Sequence record: NC_041919.1
DNA length: 64,000 nucleotides
Strand: one strand, 5' to 3'
Origin: Escherichia phage HP3
Under the pieces are notes generated by a model. It worked only from the letters and a program-made list of their open reading frames with translations. It did no database searches and had not been told where the DNA came from. Shown in pieces: positions 31,220 to 40,584 of the stretch. Position numbers and translations under genes: made by a program. The stretch's first letter is position 1, and each line of letters begins with the position of its first letter.

Positions 31220-32055
31220 AGCCTACTATTTTAACTGATATTGATGGAGTATGTTTAAGCTGGCAATCAGGCCTTCCTTATTTTGCTCAGAAATATAATC
31301 TTCCGTTAGAACATATTTTAAAAATGATCCAGGATGAGAAATTTATTTCTCCTGGTAAACTCTTTAATTGTGACGAAGAACTTGGCGTTAAGCTAATTGA
31401 AAAATACAATCGTTCAGATTTTATTCGTTACTTGTCTCCATATAAAGATGCTCTGTGTGTAATTAACAAATTAAAAGAAGATTATAATTTTGTAGCTGTT
31501 ACAGCATTGGGTGATTCTATTGACGCTCTGCTGAATCGTCAATTTAATTTGAACGCTCTTTTTCCTGGTGCCTTCTCAGAAGTACTGATGTGTGGTCATG
31601 ATTCTTCAAAAGAAGAGTTGTTCAAAAAGGCAAAAGAGAAATATAACGTAATTTGTTATATTGACGATCTCGCTCACCATTGCGATCATGCGAGTGAAAT
31701 ATTAAATGTTCCTGTTTATTGGATGGCTCGAGGGGAGCGTGACAATATTCCAAAAACTGCTCAGCGAGTTTATACATGGAATGATGTAGAGAATAAGATT
31801 TTTTCGCCGAAGGAAAATAAAGAAAGTTTTGATCGTGAAAAAGCTATAAAAGATGCAATCGAGAAGATGATTAAAAACGATTCTTTTCCTTGGAACACTA
31901 CCTGGAGAACGCCTGGATTTAATCCTTATAATCATCTATATCATCCATATCAGACACATCCGTTTCAGACATGGAACTATATTAAACCTGGTGGCATAGA
32001 GTATTTGTATAATAGACCTACTAGTGGTGATAATATTTTCCAAGGAGCATTCTAA
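31216..32055 (+). CDS. HAD-like hydrolase / nucleotidase candidate
   Basis: 279 aa; N-terminal LTDIDGV resembles HAD motif I (DxDG); a later ICYIDD could be motif IV. Confidence 0.4.
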   Translation: MKPTILTDIDGVCLSWQSGLPYFAQKYNLPLEHILKMIQDEKFISPGKLFNCDEELGVKLIEKYNRSDFIRYLSPYKDALCVINKLKEDYNFVAVTALGDSIDALLNRQFNLNALFPGAFSEVLMCGHDSSKEELFKKAKEKYNVICYIDDLAHHCDHASEILNVPVYWMARGERDNIPKTAQRVYTWNDVENKIFSPKENKESFDREKAIKDAIEKMIKNDSFPWNTTWRTPGFNPYNHLYHPYQTHPFQTWNYIKPGGIEYLYNRPTSGDNIFQGAF

Positions 32056-32321
32056 TGTTTGTTGTTCACACTATTTATGAAAATGAAGGTAATACTACAC
32101 GTGATTACGGTCACGTAAATCAATTTTTTAGATGCAATCCAGAATTCCGAGCTCAAAAAGACGAACGAATTTTTAAAAAATGTGTAGAGCAAGGTTTCAT
32201 TTACGTCAAGCACTGGATGCAAGGAAATAAAGTTAGAACCACATATCATAAGTCTTTGACTGAGCTTAATGATGAATTGATTTATAATAGAGCTGTAAAC
32301 CAAACTCTGAAGGATGAATAA
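32055..32321 (+). CDS. hypothetical protein
   Basis: 88 aa, coupled between neighbours. Confidence 0.5.
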   Translation: MFVVHTIYENEGNTTRDYGHVNQFFRCNPEFRAQKDERIFKKCVEQGFIYVKHWMQGNKVRTTYHKSLTELNDELIYNRAVNQTLKDE

Positions 32322-33784
32322 TGATTCTTAAAATTCTGAACGAAATAGCATCTATTGGTTCAACTAAGCAGAAGCAAGCAATTCTTGAAAAGAATAAAGA
32401 TAATGAATTGCTTAAACGAGTATATCGTCTGACTTATTCTCGTGGGTTACAGTATTATATCAAGAAATGGCCTAAACCGGGTATTGCTACCCAGAGTTTT
32501 GGAATGTTGACTCTTACCGATATGCTTGACTTCATTGAATTCACGTTAGCTACTCGGAAATTGACTGGAAATGCTGCAATTGAGGAATTAACTGGATATA
32601 TTACTGACGGTAAAAAAGATGATGTTGAAGTTTTGCGTCGGGTGATGATGCGAGACCTTGAATGCGGTGCTTCAGTATCTATTGCAAACAAAGTTTGGCC
32701 AGGTTTAATTCCTGAACAACCTCAAATGCTTGCAAGTTCTTATGATGAAAAAGGCATTAATAAGAATATCAAATTTCCAGCCTTTGCCCAGTTAAAAGCT
32801 GATGGAGCTCGGTGTTTTGCTGAAGTTAGAGGTGATGAATTAGATGATGTTCGTCTTTTATCACGAGCTGGTAATGAATATCTAGGATTAGATCTTCTTA
32901 AGGAAGAGTTAATCAAAATGACTGCAGAAGCTCGCCAGATTCATCCAGAAGGTGTGTTAATTGATGGCGAATTGGTATACCATGAGCAAGTTGAAAAGGA
33001 GCCAGAAGGCCTAGATTTTCTTTTTGATGCTTATCCTGAAATTAGTAAAGCTAAAGAATTCGCCGAAGTAGCTGAATCACGTACTGCATCTAATGGCATC
33101 GCCAATAAATCTTTAAAGGGAACCATTTCTGAAAAAGAAGCACAATGCATGAAGTTTCAGGTCTGGGATTATGTCCCGTTGGTAGAAATATACGGTCTTC
33201 CTGCATTTCGTTTGAAATATGATGTACGTTTTTCTAAACTAGAACAAATGACATCAGGCTATGATAAAGTAATTTTAATTGAAAACCAGGTAGTAAATAA
33301 CCTAGATGAAGCTAAGGTAATTTATAAAAAGTATATTGACCAAGGTCTTGAAGGTATTATTCTCAAAAATATCGATGGATTATGGGAAAATGCTCGTTCA
33401 AAAAATCTTTATAAATTTAAAGAAGTAATTGATGTTGATTTAAAAATTGTAGGAATTTATCCTCACCGTAAAGACCCTACTAAAGCGGGTGGATTTATTC
33501 TTGAATCAGAGTGTGGAAAAATTAAGGTAAATGCTGGTTCAGGCTTAAAAGACAAAGCCGGCGTAAAATCGCATGAACTTGACCGTACTCGCATTATGGA
33601 AAACCAAAATTATTATATTGGAAAAATTCTAGAGTGCGAATGCAACGGTTGGTTAAAATCTGATGGCCGCACTGATTACGTTAAATTATTTCTTCCGATT
33701 GCGATTCGTTTACGTGAAGATAAAACTAAAGCTAATACATTCGAGGATGTATTTGGTGATTTTCATGAGGTAACTGGTTTATGA
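32321..33784 (+). CDS. 30: ATP-dependent DNA ligase
   Basis: 487 aa, same length as T4 DNA ligase; MILKILNEIASIGSTKQKQAILEKNKDNELLKRVYRLTYSRGLQYYIKKW...; KADGAR adenylation motif. Confidence 0.95.
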   Translation: MILKILNEIASIGSTKQKQAILEKNKDNELLKRVYRLTYSRGLQYYIKKWPKPGIATQSFGMLTLTDMLDFIEFTLATRKLTGNAAIEELTGYITDGKKDDVEVLRRVMMRDLECGASVSIANKVWPGLIPEQPQMLASSYDEKGINKNIKFPAFAQLKADGARCFAEVRGDELDDVRLLSRAGNEYLGLDLLKEELIKMTAEARQIHPEGVLIDGELVYHEQVEKEPEGLDFLFDAYPEISKAKEFAEVAESRTASNGIANKSLKGTISEKEAQCMKFQVWDYVPLVEIYGLPAFRLKYDVRFSKLEQMTSGYDKVILIENQVVNNLDEAKVIYKKYIDQGLEGIILKNIDGLWENARSKNLYKFKEVIDVDLKIVGIYPHRKDPTKAGGFILESECGKIKVNAGSGLKDKAGVKSHELDRTRIMENQNYYIGKILECECNGWLKSDGRTDYVKLFLPIAIRLREDKTKANTFEDVFGDFHEVTGL

Positions 33785-33969
33785 AAGCTTACTTAGAAAC
33801 AATTGTCATTGCTCAAAAAGAAGGTGGAGATGTTTCTACTTCTGTATCACAAGTCATTCTCGAATTTGTAGATGCATACGCTTATAATAAATTTACAGAA
33901 ACATTTGATGCCTATGAAAAAGGACCAAAGTTTGAAATATATCGTACTCTCTTACCACTAGATTACTAA
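33781..33969 (+). CDS. hypothetical protein
   Basis: 62 aa, overlaps ligase stop. Confidence 0.45.
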   Translation: MKAYLETIVIAQKEGGDVSTSVSQVILEFVDAYAYNKFTETFDAYEKGPKFEIYRTLLPLDY

Positions 33970-33985
33970 AGGCCTTCGGGCCTTT
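33968..33985 (+). terminator. rho-independent terminator
   Basis: AAAGGCC-ttcg-GGCCTTT hairpin with T-rich tail. Confidence 0.55.
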
Positions 33986-33990
33986 AATTT

Positions 33991-33998
33991 TATAAATA
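33991..33998 (+). promoter_or_regulatory. late promoter for alt
   Basis: Exact TATAAATA, 24 nt upstream of the alt ATG, with GAGAGG Shine-Dalgarno between. Confidence 0.65.
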
Positions 33999-34021
33999 GA
34001 ATAAACACTAGAGAGGCTATG

Positions 34022-36076
34022 ATGGAACTTATTACAGAATTATTTGACGAAGATACTACTCTTCCGATTACAAACTTAAATCCAAAGAAGAAAATACCGC
34101 AAATTTTTTCAGTTCATGTTGATGATGCAATTGAACAACCAGGCTTTCGTTTATGTACCTATACATCTGGAGGTGATACTAATCGCGATTTAAAAATGGG
34201 CGATAAAATGATGCATATTGTTCCTTTTACATTAACTGCTAAAGGTTCAATTGCTAAATTAAAAGGTCTTGGTCCAAGCCCAATTAATTATATCAATTCA
34301 GTTTTTACTGTTGCAATGCAAACAATGCGTCAGTATAAAATTGATGCTTGTATGCTTCGTATTCTTAAGTCTAAAACCGCTGGTCAAGCTCGACAAATTC
34401 AAGTTATTGCTGATAGACTTATCCGTAGTCGTTCAGGTGGCAGATACGTCCTTCTTAAGGAACTCTGGGATTATGATAAAAAGTATGCATATATTCTTAT
34501 ACATCGCAAAAATGTATCACTAGAAGACATTCCAGGAGTTCCGGAAATTAGTACCGAGCTCTTTACTAAAGTTGAATCGAAGGTCGGTGATGTTTATATC
34601 AATAAAGATACCGGAGCTCAAGTAACCAAAAATGAGGCAATTGCAGCATCTATTGCACAAGAAAATGATAAACGTTCTGACCAAGCTGTAATCGTTAAAG
34701 TTAAAATTTCCCGTAGAGCAATTGCACAAAGTCAGTCATTGGAATCTTCTAGATTTGAAACACCGATGTTTCAAAAATTTGAGGCTTCAGCGGCAGAATT
34801 AAATAAACCAGCGGACGCGCCTTTAATTTCTGATTCTAATGAATTAACGGTAATTTCTACTTCAGGATTTGCACTAGAGAATGCTCTTAGCAGTGTTACA
34901 GCTGGGATGGCATTCAGAGAAGCTTCTATAATTCCTGAAGATAAAGAATCCATTATTAATGCAGAAATAAAAAATAAAGCTTTAGAAAAATTACGAAAAG
35001 AATCTATTACTTCAATAAAAACTTTAGAAACTATTGCTTCTATCGTCGATGATACTTTAGAAAAATATAAAGGTGCTTGGTTTGAAAGAAATATTAACAA
35101 ACATTCGCATTTAAATCAAGATGCTGCGAATGAGTTAGTACAAAATTCTTGGAATGCAATAAAAACAAAGATTATTCGAAGAGAATTGCGTGGATATGCT
35201 CTTACCGCTGGATGGTCACTACATCCTATAGTCGAAAATAAAGATTCATCTAAATACACACCAGCACAAAAACGCGGAATTCGTGAATACGTAGGTTCAG
35301 GATATGTAGACATAAATAATGCTCTTTTGGGATTATATAATCCAGATGAGCGTACAAGTATTTTGACAGCATCTGACATAGAAAAAGCTATTGATAATTT
35401 AGATTCAGCCTTTAAAAATGGTGATCGATTGCCAAAAGGTATTACTTTATATCGTTCACAGCGAATGTTACCTTCAATATATGAAGCATTGGTAAAAAAT
35501 CGAGTTTTTTATTTTAGAAATTTTGTATCAACATCATTATATCCAAACATTTTTGGTACTTGGATGACTGATTCAGCTGTTGGTGTTTTACCAGATGAAA
35601 AGCGTCTAAACATTTCTATCGATAAAAATGATGAAGGGCTTGTTAATTCTAGCGATAATTTAGTCGGAATTGGATGGGTTATTACTGGGGCTGATAAAGT
35701 CAATGTTGTTTTACCCGGTGGAAGTTTAGCGCCTTCAAATGAAATGGAAGTTATTTTGCCACGTGGATTAATGGTCAAAGTTAATAAAATAACTGATGCA
35801 TCTTACAATGATGGAACAGTTAAAACTAACAACAAGCTTATTCAAGCTGAAGTTATGACCACGGAAGAGCTCACCGAATCGGTAATCTATGACGGAGACC
35901 ATTTAATGGAAACTGGTGAATTGGTTGCAATGACAGGTGATATTGAAGTAGAAGACAGAGTTGACTTTGCATCATTTGTTTCATCAAATGTTAAACAGAA
36001 AGTAGAATCATCTCTTGGAATTATTGCGTCTTGTATAGATATTGCAAACATGCCTTACAAGTTCGTTCAAGGATAA
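34022..36076 (+). CDS. alt: Alt ADP-ribosyltransferase (capsid-packaged, injected)
   Basis: 684 aa from second ATG; MELITELFDEDTTLPITNL...; C-terminal motifs LYRSQR, FVSTSLYP, EVILPRG consistent with an R-S-E catalytic triad. Confidence 0.9.
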   Translation: MELITELFDEDTTLPITNLNPKKKIPQIFSVHVDDAIEQPGFRLCTYTSGGDTNRDLKMGDKMMHIVPFTLTAKGSIAKLKGLGPSPINYINSVFTVAMQTMRQYKIDACMLRILKSKTAGQARQIQVIADRLIRSRSGGRYVLLKELWDYDKKYAYILIHRKNVSLEDIPGVPEISTELFTKVESKVGDVYINKDTGAQVTKNEAIAASIAQENDKRSDQAVIVKVKISRRAIAQSQSLESSRFETPMFQKFEASAAELNKPADAPLISDSNELTVISTSGFALENALSSVTAGMAFREASIIPEDKESIINAEIKNKALEKLRKESITSIKTLETIASIVDDTLEKYKGAWFERNINKHSHLNQDAANELVQNSWNAIKTKIIRRELRGYALTAGWSLHPIVENKDSSKYTPAQKRGIREYVGSGYVDINNALLGLYNPDERTSILTASDIEKAIDNLDSAFKNGDRLPKGITLYRSQRMLPSIYEALVKNRVFYFRNFVSTSLYPNIFGTWMTDSAVGVLPDEKRLNISIDKNDEGLVNSSDNLVGIGWVITGADKVNVVLPGGSLAPSNEMEVILPRGLMVKVNKITDASYNDGTVKTNNKLIQAEVMTTEELTESVIYDGDHLMETGELVAMTGDIEVEDRVDFASFVSSNVKQKVESSLGIIASCIDIANMPYKFVQG

Positions 36077-36079
36077 ATC

Positions 36080-38137
36080 ATGGAACTTATTACAGAATTA
36101 TTTGACGGCGCTTCGGCGCCGGTTGTTAACTTAAATCCTAAGCATAAAATACCACAAATTTTTGCTATTCAAGCCGGCGAAGAAAGCGTGCTTCCTGGAT
36201 TTAGATTTTGTACATACACCTCTGGTGGTGATACGAATAAAAACGTTAAGCCAGGCGATAAAATGATGCATATCGTAATGATAGGTGTTAATGAGAAACT
36301 ATCATTAGTTAAGCTTAAAAACTTGGGTGGAAATCCAATTGGTGTCATTAATGCCGTTTTTGATACTGCTCTTCAAACAATGAAACAGTATAAAATCGAC
36401 GCATGCCTATTCCGCGTACTAAAAAGTAAAACAAATGGCGCAGCTCGTCAAATGCAAGTTATTGCTGACCGTTTAGTACGTACTAAAGGAGCAGGTCGAT
36501 ATGTTCTTTTAAAGGAAATCTGGGACTATGATAAGAAATATGCATATATTATGGTTTACCGTAAAAATGCCAATTTAGAAGACATTCCAGGTGTACCTCC
36601 TATTTCAACTGAGTTATTCACAAAAGTTGAATCAAAGGTCGGTGATGTTTATGTAGACGTTAAAACAGGAAATGCTGTTCCTAAAGCTGTTGCTGTTGCT
36701 GCTTCTATTGCTTTAGAAAATGATAAGCGCACGGACCAAGCTGTTATTCAGAAAACTAAAATTAGTCGTCGATTAGCAGCACAAGCTCAATATTCTACTG
36801 TTGATGCTTCACTTCAGGGTGATAGCTTCGCTGCTAAGAAATATCAAGAGTTTGAATCTAAAGTTCCGGTATATAAAGCAGAAGGACCAATGAACTCTGG
36901 CGTTATTCAGATTGGTTCAAACTTCAGCAAAGGAGCTATCGGTGGTATGAGAAGTGCTTCTCGTTTTAAATCTAACGATTATGAACTAGAAAGCTTCCGA
37001 AATCATATTGCATTAGCCCATGCACGTTTACGTGATCCATCTATCAAGTTGCAGAGCGATATAACATATCAAGGTTCTCAAGAATATTTAAAGAATAAAG
37101 AATTCTTTGATTATAAAACTGATAAAATTTTAAGCGATCTTGCTGATATTAATATTTCTAATAGCTTTGATGTTATTAAGAAAATTATTAATGATTTAGT
37201 TAAAGGTTCTAAAACCACACCAGATGAAAAGACAGCTATTATTCAATTTGTAATGAATGGCATTTATAAATTGATTAATGAATCTGCTGCCCAGGCATAT
37301 GAATACGCAAGCACCGAAGTAGCTCCAAAAGGACTGACTCAGGCTGAATCTGATGTAATTGAAGATTATTGTGCAGATTCATATGTTGAAATGAACTCGT
37401 TCCTTTTGGGTAAACCAGATTCTACCCGTGAAGAATACATGGAACGAGCTATTAAGCACATCGAGACGTTAGATTCTGCCTTTGCCAAAGGATCAGTTCT
37501 TCCTCCAGGAACTACACTTTACCGTGGGCAAGAAGTTACCTTTAAAACTTTGCGTCATAACATTGAAAATAAAATGTTCTATTTCAAGAACTTCGTATCC
37601 ACATCGCTTAAACCAAATATCTTCGGTGAGCATGGTAAAAACTATATGGCTCTAGATGATTCCGGCGCAGTATTTTCTGGTGAAGGAGAAGGTTCCGTTG
37701 ATGCAGAAGATTTGATGCATATGGGTAGTCATTCTACATATGCTAATGAAGATGCAGAAACTAGCGTGGGTATGGTAATTAAAGGAGCTGAGCGAATCAA
37801 AGTTATCGTTCCAGGTCATTTATCAGGATTTCCATCAGAAGCTGAAGTTATTCTACCACGTGGAATTTTACTGAAGATTAATAAAGTAAGTACGTACTTT
37901 ATGAAAGAAACTGCTTATAACAAGTATCTAATCGAAGGTACAATCGTTCCTCCTTCTGAACAATTAGAAGAATCAGTATATGATGGAGACCATCTAATGG
38001 AAACTGGTGAAGTTCGTCCAATGGCTGGATTTAATCAATTCCTTGTAGAAGAATCAAAAGAAGAGGAAAATGAAGTTTCTCAAATCTTGACTTCTTTGGT
38101 TAACATCAACGGAATGTCTAAAAAGTTCAAAATGTAG
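36080..38137 (+). CDS. second Alt-like ADP-ribosyltransferase paralog
   Basis: 685 aa; N-terminal ~220 aa closely similar to Alt (MELITELFDGASAPVVNL...), divergent middle, conserved C-terminal motifs LYRGQE, FVSTSLKP, EVILPRG; starts 4 nt after alt stop. Confidence 0.8.
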   Translation: MELITELFDGASAPVVNLNPKHKIPQIFAIQAGEESVLPGFRFCTYTSGGDTNKNVKPGDKMMHIVMIGVNEKLSLVKLKNLGGNPIGVINAVFDTALQTMKQYKIDACLFRVLKSKTNGAARQMQVIADRLVRTKGAGRYVLLKEIWDYDKKYAYIMVYRKNANLEDIPGVPPISTELFTKVESKVGDVYVDVKTGNAVPKAVAVAASIALENDKRTDQAVIQKTKISRRLAAQAQYSTVDASLQGDSFAAKKYQEFESKVPVYKAEGPMNSGVIQIGSNFSKGAIGGMRSASRFKSNDYELESFRNHIALAHARLRDPSIKLQSDITYQGSQEYLKNKEFFDYKTDKILSDLADINISNSFDVIKKIINDLVKGSKTTPDEKTAIIQFVMNGIYKLINESAAQAYEYASTEVAPKGLTQAESDVIEDYCADSYVEMNSFLLGKPDSTREEYMERAIKHIETLDSAFAKGSVLPPGTTLYRGQEVTFKTLRHNIENKMFYFKNFVSTSLKPNIFGEHGKNYMALDDSGAVFSGEGEGSVDAEDLMHMGSHSTYANEDAETSVGMVIKGAERIKVIVPGHLSGFPSEAEVILPRGILLKINKVSTYFMKETAYNKYLIEGTIVPPSEQLEESVYDGDHLMETGEVRPMAGFNQFLVEESKEEENEVSQILTSLVNINGMSKKFKM

Positions 38138-38166
38138 TTTACAAGTTCCTTATGTTGTGTTATAGT
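38137..38166 (+). promoter_or_regulatory. T4-type early promoter (copy B of repeated promoter/leader cassette)
   Basis: GTTTAC 38137-38142, 18 nt spacer, TGTTATAGT -10; near-identical to 22359-22412. Confidence 0.55.
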
Positions 38167-38197
38167 AGTCTTACTGACATAACATGAGGAACACAAA

Positions 38198-38488
38198 ATG
38201 AAATCTTCTTTGCGCTTTTTAGGTCAAGAACTTGTAGTTGAAGGCGTTATTCCTGCTGATAATGCTTTTAATGAAGCAGTTTACGATGAATTTATTAAAA
38301 TTTTTGGAACAGATAAAAAGTTCGGAATTTTTCCTTCTGAAAATTTTTCAAAGCCAGAACAGACTGAAAGCATTTTCCAAGGTGTAGTAACAGGTAAATT
38401 TGAGTCAGAAGCTCCGGTAAAAATTGAAGTTTATATTGAAGACAGTTTAGTTGCTTCAGTTGCTGCTTTTATTTCATTCCGTAAATAA
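38198..38488 (+). CDS. hypothetical protein
   Basis: 96 aa; first ORF after the early promoter cassette. Confidence 0.5.
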   Translation: MKSSLRFLGQELVVEGVIPADNAFNEAVYDEFIKIFGTDKKFGIFPSENFSKPEQTESIFQGVVTGKFESEAPVKIEVYIEDSLVASVAAFISFRK

Positions 38489-38493
38489 AAATA

Positions 38494-38511
38494 TGGGGAC
38501 CGAAAGGTCCC
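38494..38511. terminator. bidirectional rho-independent terminator between convergent ORF 38198 and gene 54
   Basis: GGGGACC-gaaa-GGTCCCC hairpin; T-rich on the minus-strand side, moderately T-rich on the plus side. Confidence 0.7.
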
Positions 38512-38516
38512 CATTG

Positions 38517-39482
38517 TTATATTGCTCCTAATATTTTACTTTGCGAATTGACAATTCCTGTCATAGTATTAATGTTTGAAATGCTTCCTGCAGTTCCACC
38601 TAATCTACTGAGTCGTGAAAGCGAATTAGATAGTCCAGTAACACCTCCACTATTTCCGAGAACGCTTTGAATACCATTTATAGCAGCAGATTCAAGCCAT
38701 TCAAGCGCAGCTTGCCTATCAACTGCTCCAGCCTGCATGACTCTATATGCAAAAGTAACATCAAATGTAGTTATTTGGTTATCTCCATCATATGATAACT
38801 CAGGAGCGCTCACTGACACTGGAATGCATCCGGTGAACATTACCGCAGTATGAGGTAATCCATTGCGAGAATGAAGATTAACCTGAATATCTGCCTCGAC
38901 ATCTTGTGGCAAAGCACGCAGTCCAGTTACTGGGTCTTGAACAGCGTTAACCCAGTCTTGCATTGCACGATAGTTACAAGCTTCTGAATCCATTCTAAAT
39001 GAAATAACCAAAGGGTCTAATTCTCTCCCAGTTATACGAATATTAGGAGAGTTGTAGTTCCAGTCAGTTTCATAGGATAATCTATTCTCTGGCATTTTTA
39101 CAGAGTATATCATCAATCCAGATGAGTTATATGCCATGTTAAAGAAGTCAATTAAATATGTACCAACTGTAAATGAGCCTAATAAACTTTGAACTGTACG
39201 TTGACTCATGGCACCAATAAGATATTTACTAACCCCTGATTTTCTTATCAGTTTTTGTGTGCCAGCAGTAATTAGCGTGGTAATTCCCTGATTAATATCG
39301 CCTTGAGACAATCCTAACCAGTCTGAATTTAGACCCAAGTTATTATAAGAAAAGTTGCTAATTGAACTTATCAACGAAGAGCTTTTAGTTGATGGAGTTG
39401 TTGCAAAAACGCAGCTAAACATATTATTACGTTGGAAATCTGCGTTTATTGCTTGATTATTAAATTCCTCTAAAGAATACAT
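38517..39482 (-). CDS. 54: gp54 baseplate tail-tube initiator
   Basis: 321 aa; synteny 29-48-54; recognisable T4 gp54 sequence. Confidence 0.9.
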   Translation of the reverse strand: MYSLEEFNNQAINADFQRNNMFSCVFATTPSTKSSSLISSISNFSYNNLGLNSDWLGLSQGDINQGITTLITAGTQKLIRKSGVSKYLIGAMSQRTVQSLLGSFTVGTYLIDFFNMAYNSSGLMIYSVKMPENRLSYETDWNYNSPNIRITGRELDPLVISFRMDSEACNYRAMQDWVNAVQDPVTGLRALPQDVEADIQVNLHSRNGLPHTAVMFTGCIPVSVSAPELSYDGDNQITTFDVTFAYRVMQAGAVDRQAALEWLESAAINGIQSVLGNSGGVTGLSNSLSRLSRLGGTAGSISNINTMTGIVNSQSKILGAI

Positions 39483-40576
39483 TAAAAAGTCCCCGCATAT
39501 AAAGAAGCACGATTTAACGTGATAATTTCTCTCATAGTAATCTCAAGAGTAAATGTACTAGGGAGGTTTGGAGCAATAGCTAATCCGTTAAAATTACCAT
39601 TCGGAGTTTTATCAAATCTAATACTTTGAATTTGACACGGTCCAAACACTTCTGTTTTTCCGTCAAATTTAGAAGTTGCGCCAAAGTTTTTAACCATCCA
39701 AATTGTCGGGTTTGAAACTACAAGAACGTTAGTTAAACTCGATGTCATTTTCTCAAATAACGTCTTATTTTTAACTGCATCTTCTGGAGTTAATGGCTCA
39801 ATAAAAGTAGAACGGTACCACTCATCTAAATATCCTTTTATTTCAGCAGCATATTGAGATTTACCAGTTTCACCGTAAGAAAAATAGTTAAAATACTGAT
39901 AGATATTAATAATAGCCATTAAATCTTCTGTTGAGCGCGGAGTCAAATCCCAAGTGAACACTTTAGTTCTATTTTCAGCACCGCCGTACATGCTTCTGGC
40001 TGTCGTATAAATCTGTTCATTATTATCAGCCATTATACCTTGTGTTATACTTTCCAGCGCTCCAAATACTGCGGTTGAAGCCATATTGCTTAGCACACCA
40101 GTAGCAGTACCTCCACCTTTTGTAATAAGACTATCTTGAACATCATTAAATCTATGTGATGACGTATCGACGTCAGATTTAGATCTAGGTAAAAGAATAT
40201 TTGCAACAGGAACTTTACTTATTGTTCTTGAATTATTATCTGATATTAGTCCATTTGATAGTTTTGATACTGTATTACTGATAGTGTTTCTGGCTGTACG
40301 TAAAATACTCGAAGATGAAGAAGAGTAGTTAGATCTCATCGTTCTAAGACTTCCAGAATCCCTAGATGACATATTGTATGCAGTAAATAATAATCCATTC
40401 TTATATAGATCTGTTACCTGGAAGTCCCCTGTAGTGTCATTACCACTAGCACGCCCAGTTGGAAACTGGGCTGTGTATGTTTTAGTTCCTACTTCTGATT
40501 TAGTACTCTGTCCGGCTGAAATTGTTTCACCGGACTTTTTAATTAAATCAGCAGTTATTTCTTTAACAATTGCCAT
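39482..40576 (-). CDS. 48: gp48 baseplate tail-tube cap
   Basis: 364 aa, same length as T4 gp48; MAIVKEITADLIKKSGETISAGQSTKSEVGTKTY... Confidence 0.9.
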   Translation of the reverse strand: MAIVKEITADLIKKSGETISAGQSTKSEVGTKTYTAQFPTGRASGNDTTGDFQVTDLYKNGLLFTAYNMSSRDSGSLRTMRSNYSSSSSSILRTARNTISNTVSKLSNGLISDNNSRTISKVPVANILLPRSKSDVDTSSHRFNDVQDSLITKGGGTATGVLSNMASTAVFGALESITQGIMADNNEQIYTTARSMYGGAENRTKVFTWDLTPRSTEDLMAIINIYQYFNYFSYGETGKSQYAAEIKGYLDEWYRSTFIEPLTPEDAVKNKTLFEKMTSSLTNVLVVSNPTIWMVKNFGATSKFDGKTEVFGPCQIQSIRFDKTPNGNFNGLAIAPNLPSTFTLEITMREIITLNRASLYAGTF

Positions 40577-40584
40577 ATTATTCC

